DNA of 64,000 nucleotides from Octopus vulgaris (Eukaryota): NCBI GenBank assembly GCA_951406725.2, contig OX597815.1, positions 193,316,001 to 193,380,000 of the forward strand, read 5' to 3'. Shown piece by piece: positions 57,500 to 64,000 of this stretch (position 1 is its first letter; each line of letters starts with the position of its first letter). The notes under the pieces were generated by a model. It saw only the letters and a program-made list of their open reading frames with translations, ran no database searches and was not told where the DNA came from. The position numbers and the translations under genes were made by a program.

Positions 57500-58830
57500 C
57501 ATGAAAACTATCAAATATTTGAAATTTTCTTTTTCCTGTTTTATTTCTTTCTCCCTATTCCATTTTGTTTATCTTTGCTTTTTTCGTTCTGATGATGCGT
57601 AATCAATTGCAACGAGGTAAATACATATTTACCCCAGCCTGATATACGGAAACAGCTGTGGACTTACTCTATCAAACTCCCAATCTTACATTAATAATTA
57701 AATAATGACTTAATAACACCAAAGATCCACTTATCATTGTTATTTATTTCTCCATTTTCTTATCGTCTTTATGTACATTAAACTACGGTTTACCTTTAAA
57801 TTACCCACTACCGTATACCATATAACAAAGACCATACATACTGAGGTAATTACCAGGAGTGCTTCTGGATACATCTATCCCTTAGATGGCTTTCATACAC
57901 CTAACTTATATCTTACGTAACATATACATTTCCAAGAAACCTTAGCCAGACATAAAGTCGGCACATACTGGGTTATTTGCTCCATTTGGAGCAAAGAACA
58001 ATAGAAACCTCTTTAAAAGATATACCGATTCCACTTAAAAATGTATATCTAAAAGAAGTCATTAACAAACTAACCTATTTCACCCACCGTTTACAATGGC
58101 AAGCTTTATTTTATGACAAAACAACCAAGCAGAGACGACGTACCACCATAACAGCAACGACGTTACCAAGGGAGTTTTCAAAACTAGGAAAACACACCCA
58201 CCAAACTGCCACTGGGACGCATTCGAAAACGAACTATGGGATACTGTTAAGAATCTACAATTCAAACGACACCTTCTAAGGAATAACTTTTACAAAAAAC
58301 CTAAAGGACCTACTATAAAAACTGAAATTGCAAAAGGGAATTATTGTACATTCTGATAAAACCAGAAATTCATATATTTTGGATATTAATTTATAACACC
58401 AACTTTTGCATAAAGAAATTACAAAAAAAAAAAAAATTACAAAATAGCACCCAATAAATCCTATCTATGTAAATTAAGTAAATTAATATTAGATAAATAT
58501 ATCCCTAAATTAAAGAATATGATAGCCCTAGAACTATGGTCCAAGCCCTATAAAGCCTTAAACTGATTCTCCAATAAACAGAACATGAAGAACTACAAAT
58601 TCCTACAAATAGACATAGAAGATTACTACTCATCTACTAACACTACGATCCTTAATAATGCTCTTATCTTCGCCATAAATCATACCCAACTAACAATGAA
58701 TGGAATTAATGTAATATTAGAAGCGAGAAAATCCATAATAAATTTCGATAGCAAACTATGGGTAAGGAAAGACTATCCTAATAACTCCGATATCACCATG
58801 GGAGTCCCAGATTCAGCACAGATAATTAAT
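57500..58830 (+). mobile_element. Old PLE of a different clade, degraded
   Basis: SLKDIPIP..RLQWQALFY and FLQIDIEDYYSS..DITMGVPDSAQI motifs. Degenerate hammerhead at 57586-57663 (CUGAUGA..GAAACAGCUGU). Confidence 0.7.
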
Positions 58831-59719
58831 TTGCAGCTACAAAATAGTGTGCGACTTCCTTAGTGCCAAGAACAACAATCAGCCATGTTTATCAAAAACA
58901 AGTCCAGAAAATGAAAATAATAGGAAAACAATTATAGATAGGAAAGGGAAAAACAAATGTATGAAGGAAAAAATAACAAGAGAAAGAAGGAAAATATGTA
59001 ATAGAAGGGGAACAAGAAACACCAAAAATAATAGACGAGGACGAAAGAAAAAAAAACAAATGAACAGACACAGAATCTTCGGCCACTTGAGTACTCCTAG
59101 GCCTAACTCGTACTCCAAAAACAGGAACAGATTTCAGAACACGAAGACAGTTCACAAAAATGTCCGTCAGCAGGAACTAAATTGATATTTCATGCAAAAT
59201 TCCTCCCTTCACTGGTAATCTAACAGGCAGCTACAAGGGAAAATCCCAGTTCGAATTCTTGGCGGTGAGACACGCCCACCAAATCAATTCACCTTAAGTG
59301 AACAATGATACTCAACTGCGAGCCGACAAATGTCTAGAATCTAGTGAGGACTACTTTCCTAGGAAAGAATATTACACACCAAACAACAAACCCCCACTGA
59401 ACCCAAAAAACAAAAGCCTTACTTTACAGTTGAGCTATTTTTGTCAATAATTCGCAGCTACAAAATAGCGTGCGACTTCCTTAGTGCCAAGAACGAAACT
59501 AACAACAGCGCATGCGTGTAAGCGGTAAGAAAGCTACTTCATTTCATTATATTTGCCATAAAAGCAGTATATAGAGTGTAGCTTTGCGGGCTGGACAAGA
59601 ACGTTAATGAAGTGAATGATAATGAAACGAAGGTGATAAGGACAGGAGAAGACAAAAAGCGCCCGCCGACTTTTGCTTCTCTAAAACTTGTTCTTCAGAA
59701 AATACAAAATGAGGTATTA

Positions 59720-61530
59720 AACCTCTTACAATAGTTTTCACAATTTAAAACACATAGTTGAGGCAGTTAAGTTCCTTCCACCCAGACCAGGCTGTATGCT
59801 ACCATAAGGCACTGCTCCAGGTCAAGATCGGGGCCCCGAAATGCAAATCTGAACATGTCCTTCGAGAAGGCGCCCATCACCCTGAACATATCGACATCTG
59901 ACATGACCTTCGTAGTCACCTGCAAAGGCCAATCCTCATCCTCTGTTCAGGGCATGGGCTCCTCTCTCCGGTCATCCAGCTTCACTACGATGCTCTTTAC
60001 TGCTCCTCTCTTCTGGAAGAAGATGACAAAATCATCTTTCCTCCTTCTGGGAGGGGCCGTTGTTTCCTCTGTCGGTGTCACACATCCCACCGACAAAGTT
60101 CCCGGGCATGCCTGCAGTTTACCATCAACCGCCGGCAATGTCCCGTTCTTCTTTTTCGTTTCCGCTTTTCTTTTACCTCGGGAGGGTGGAGTTCCTCCGT
60201 CTTGTCTGTAAATCCTTCCATTCATTCCACCACCTCAGGATCCATTGCGTGGCAACCATTGTTGCCCACCTTTTTCTTTTTCTCCCTTTCTTTTTCGATG
60301 GGGTTGCCTCCCTCTCGGCTTCCTCCCTCTCTCCCTCTCCTCCAATGGGGGAGCAGGTGACTTTACTATTAACTGTTCTAGGGCCTTTGCTTGGTCCCGG
60401 TGGCAGTTTTTCGTGACACTTGGTGGGGCATCCCTCAAGATTACTGGGTATCTGAAACCGGCCATTGTTAAAAAAAATCTAGTAAAACCAGATCATCGGC
60501 TGATTGGGTCATAAGGTCAAAATTGCTTTCGACCCCACCCAATCAGCCGCAGGTAGAATTCTGACATTCAAGAGCCTGGCCTGGCTACCACCCAGACCCC
60601 GACGGAGAGTGTCTTCTATCCATTCGGGCTCTATTCCGGGTGGCAGCCCACTATGCAAGCTCTTGCCAATTTTCTGCCTGTATATGTGGGGAGAAACAGA
60701 ATTTCCTCCCCCTCCAACAGTTGGCTCGCTTATTCTTGAGCCTCTGCAGAGGTATCAAAAAGCAACCACACCGTTGCGTATTTGATACCCCTTGCAATGA
60801 ATTTAATATTTGGCAGGTATTCTGCCAACTCCTTTTCTATTTCTTCTGCGAGAACACAGCGATGGTGTCGAGTGACCTATAATATTTCCTCAACACCACC
60901 GTTGTTGCATTAAAATTTTTCAGCCACTGCTTGGGGGGCCACAATTTTCCACTCCAATACAGTGCTTTAAGTTGCCATGATGATAAAACAGAGCAAATAA
61001 AAAGAATGTTCAAAACAAAAGTTCAAAAACGTTTCAAATGAAAAGTCAATAAGCAACTAAAAAAAAACCGGAAAGATAGAGCAAAGAAGAAAGAACGAAG
61101 GAAGACAGTTGAATGGCAACACAATTCTGCCACTTGTGCAGTCCACACGAATGTAGGTTCTCCGTCGCAGCACAAAAATATCCCAATTTTGGTTTCTCGC
61201 AGCTAAGTGAGACTTTAAACACAAAACACAGAAATGTTTCTGGCTGTCCCGGTACTCCAGGCCAAATGGTAATCCTCCTGGCCGAAATAGTCAGAAATAA
61301 CACAATTTTCGGAGAGCCACACCTCCCACAACAAACCTCTCACAACCAAGTGAGATCTTAGGCATGACCACTGGCAGACAAATGCATGGAACCCTCTTGT
61401 TCGACAAACAATAAATAATACGAGCAACAGAAGCCCACTAGGTCACAAAAAAATCAGACGTCCTACATAGTAGTCGTGGTTCACTATTTCACGACGTGAC
61501 TTCCACCGCAAGAAAAAACGCGTCCACTCT
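59720..61530 (-). mobile_element. Degraded GC-richer element, possibly a non-LTR ORF1 remnant
   Basis: Composition shift and broken frames (FLPTYTGRK..GLPPGIEPEWI; a K/E/P-rich stretch). No RT motif was seen. Confidence 0.45.
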
Positions 61531-61734
61531 GTTCTGAAGTAAGAAAGCTATTTACTACACAGCCACTCCTACGCCTATTCATACAACATAAATTTACTTA
61601 TGTTTTTTTTTTGTACGTCAACACTGTATGATGTGGTTTAGTGCAAATTTCACTGGAATATGTTCACAGGTTCAGCAAATACGCGGCCTTACTGTTCGTT
61701 CTAAAAATAAACTGCATCGAACTCTATGGTCAAT

Positions 61735-61825
61735 TTAGGTCATGCTAAATATAATGAACTTCTTTCTTCCATGCCTGATAATTCCATCATAAAATAGAGA
61801 CAATAGTTCAAAATCCTTTATGGGC
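61735..61825 (-). CDS. Putative small secreted protein, terminal coding exon
   Basis: Acceptor atttattttag|, phase 2. Translates (T)PIKDFELLSLFYDGIIRHGRKKFIIFSMT*. Confidence 0.55.
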
Positions 61826-61940
61826 CTAAAATAAATGTAATTTCCAAAAGATACTACTTGCATTCAAGTACCTTAACTGAACCTTAAAGATACATAACAA
61901 AAAGATAAGGATTGTAACTTTTGAATATACAGCTGTTTAC

Positions 61941-62143
61941 GTATAAGCTGTTAGCGAATTGCTATAAGATGCATGGAAACAAAACTGTTGCACTCCATAA
62001 AATAAATTTCCCACGTTAGTAACAAAACCTGTCAAGCTACTTATATAGTTACTGCTAACGTTACACTCAGATCGCACAAAGTGGAATAATAATACCACTG
62101 CGAGTAAGAAGTGTAGGACCCCAACATTTGCGGATTTTACCAT
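61941..62143 (-). CDS. Putative small secreted protein, first coding exon with signal peptide (97 aa in total)
   Basis: MVKSANVGVLHFLLAVVLLFHFVRSE... Acceptor ttacag| 55 nt upstream of the ATG, donor AC|gtaaac, 115-nt intron. The exon structure is shared with two paralogs. Confidence 0.6.
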
Positions 62144-62549
62144 TTCTGTCTTCTATCGCTAGCTGCACGAAACAGTGGGGGTTCACAATCATGCAAGCCT
62201 GTAAGTATTATATGTTATGAATTTTCATAAGTATATATTCATGAATTTTCCAAAGTATATGTTAATGAATTTTCGTAAATTCTCACTATATGTCCGCGTC
62301 TATAATTTCTTTTTTTTAAGCACACACCCTGATTGGCTTGATAAAGTGTTAAGAAAATTAATCATCTCCGTTCTTTCAGCGCGCAAATGTTAATTAAATA
62401 CTAGTTTAAGCACACTTGTAATACACGCTGCAGTAATTGAACCCAAGAAACAGGCCTCTGTAGCTGTTACTTTAATTTTCAGCCACTATATATGCATACA
62501 TGAACACACACATAAAGACACACACACACGCTCGCCGACGCACATGCAC

Positions 62550-62612
<63 letters not shown>

Positions 62613-63013
62613 CAGATAGATAAAAAATATTTCTTTATATTCTTATATTCGTTTACTTGTTCAGGCATTTGACTACGGCCATGCTGGAGCACCGACTTGA
62701 AGATTTTTATTCGAAGAAAATTAGCCCAGGTCTTATTCTTTGTAGGCCTGGTACATAAACCAACTTACCGAACCGCTAAACCCATTAATATCGATTCTCG
62801 ATAAGGGATAGTGGGGGGACAAACACAGACACAAAAACACACAGACATACATATATATGACGGGATTCTTTCAGTTTCCTCTATCAAATCTATTCACAAG
62901 GCTTTGGCCAAACCGAGGTTACAGGAGGAGACACTTGCCCACGCTGCCATGAAGTAGGAGTGTACCTGCTGCAAGCTTAATGCCTAACAACCACGCCTGC
63001 GCCTCTCTTTCTT

Positions 63014-63045
<32 letters not shown>

Positions 63046-63047
63046 CC

Positions 63048-63111
<64 letters not shown>

Positions 63112-63112
<1 letters not shown>

Positions 63113-63512
63113 TAGCAGTATCGCCCGGCGTTGCTCGGGTTTGTTTCGACCCTTTAGAATTGGAACTTTTGAAAAGTAAAAGTTTTGCATTATGTAGCGT
63201 GTTATATATATAGTGAACATTTAAGTGAACATTTTTCTGGTTGAAATACAGCGAAAAATGGCGACACAGCAGTCAAAAATCGTAAAAAGTAGGGATTTTC
63301 ATAGAAAAAAAGCACCTTTTTGATGTAAATAACTTTTGGTATTAACATGGTCCGATTTGAATTTTTTCTTCTACAGAAGGCAGAGCAAGCCTTTTTCTAT
63401 CATACTCTCAATTTTGGTCAACTAGCACTGTAGGGTCTCGAAGGAGATAGTGTTAGTTGAAGGCTACCAAACCTGCCATACACAAACAACTTCAGCTATA
63501 TATATAGAGAGA
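63112..63512 (-). mobile_element. Non-autonomous Helitron
   Basis: Minus strand reads A|TC ... hairpin ... CTAG|T, with the same 3' end as 4226-4529. Confidence 0.85.
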
Positions 63513-63576
63513 TATAGTGAAAAGTAAAAAGTAAAAAACTCAAAAGGAAGAGTAAATACGGTTAGACAGCTTTTTA

Positions 63577-63698
63577 ATCTCTACAAATGTTTCGATAGAT
63601 ACAGATCTTCGTTTACACAGGATTTAAAGTTATGTTTAAATTAAATTATTTAACGATTTACCTATACAAGAAGATCTATATGTATCTCCTCAGGCGAT
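63577..63698 (-). ncRNA. Hammerhead ribozyme motif with canonical core and a ~95-nt extended stem II
   Basis: AUCGC-CUGAGGA-GAUACAUAUAGAUCUUC...GAAGAUCUGUAUCUAUC-GAAAC auuu GUA-GAGAU. Confidence 0.65.
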
Positions 63699-63931
63699 AC
63701 TCAGTTGCTGTCTCCGTAAGTAAATTTAGATTTCCATGCTACAACATCCATAGTTTCTTCTTTGAAACTAACAAACGTTGCTGGTTTCAATTTTTATTTT
63801 CTATTTTAACACACGAGGAATACCTAGGACTAGAATTGGTAGCATACCATGTGAATACTACCGGCTATTTGGTAATTCTAAGGGTGAACGAGTTCTATTT
63901 GTACTCTTATACGTTCTTAACAGAACACACC

Positions 63932-63966
<35 letters not shown>

Positions 63967-64000
63967 AAGGGATTAAGTATATATACTGGACTTAATTTAT

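Noticed and set aside
61941-62060. Resemblance of SYSNSLTAYT-PIKDFEL to the ionotropic receptor M3/S2 region
   Set aside because: The spacing is wrong, the ORF is short with an upstream in-frame stop, and no other receptor domains are visible.

Overview
This is repeat-dense, AT-rich eukaryotic DNA. The SINE families and microsatellite load suggest a cephalopod (octopus-like) genome, which is an inference. Most ORFs in the supplied track are microsatellite or transposon artefacts. The window is dominated by a direct tandem duplication (unit A 8750-33063, unit B 33062-54849), with pieces of older paralogous units at about 2340-2790 and 61630-62950. Each unit carries a spliced + strand CD225/dispanin (IFITM/PRRT-like) gene that the ORF track mostly misses. 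The two copies differ almost only by amino-acid-changing substitutions, concentrated in the C-terminal transmembrane helix. Each unit also carries a disabled copy of a small - strand signal-peptide gene that is intact at 61735-62143 (97 aa, with a G-RKK motif). The rest is Penelope-like elements (PLEs), Tc1 and mariner transposons, R4/Dong and CR1 LINE fragments, non-autonomous Helitrons and SINEs. Two RNA-level signals stand out. First, the PLE-associated minimal hammerhead ribozymes show C-G, U-A and A-U versions of the core 3-8 base pair. Second, a young PLE has an upstream ORF joined to an AUG-less RT frame by an in-phase UUUUUUA -1 slippery site. All alignments were done by eye and TE boundaries are approximate unless stated.
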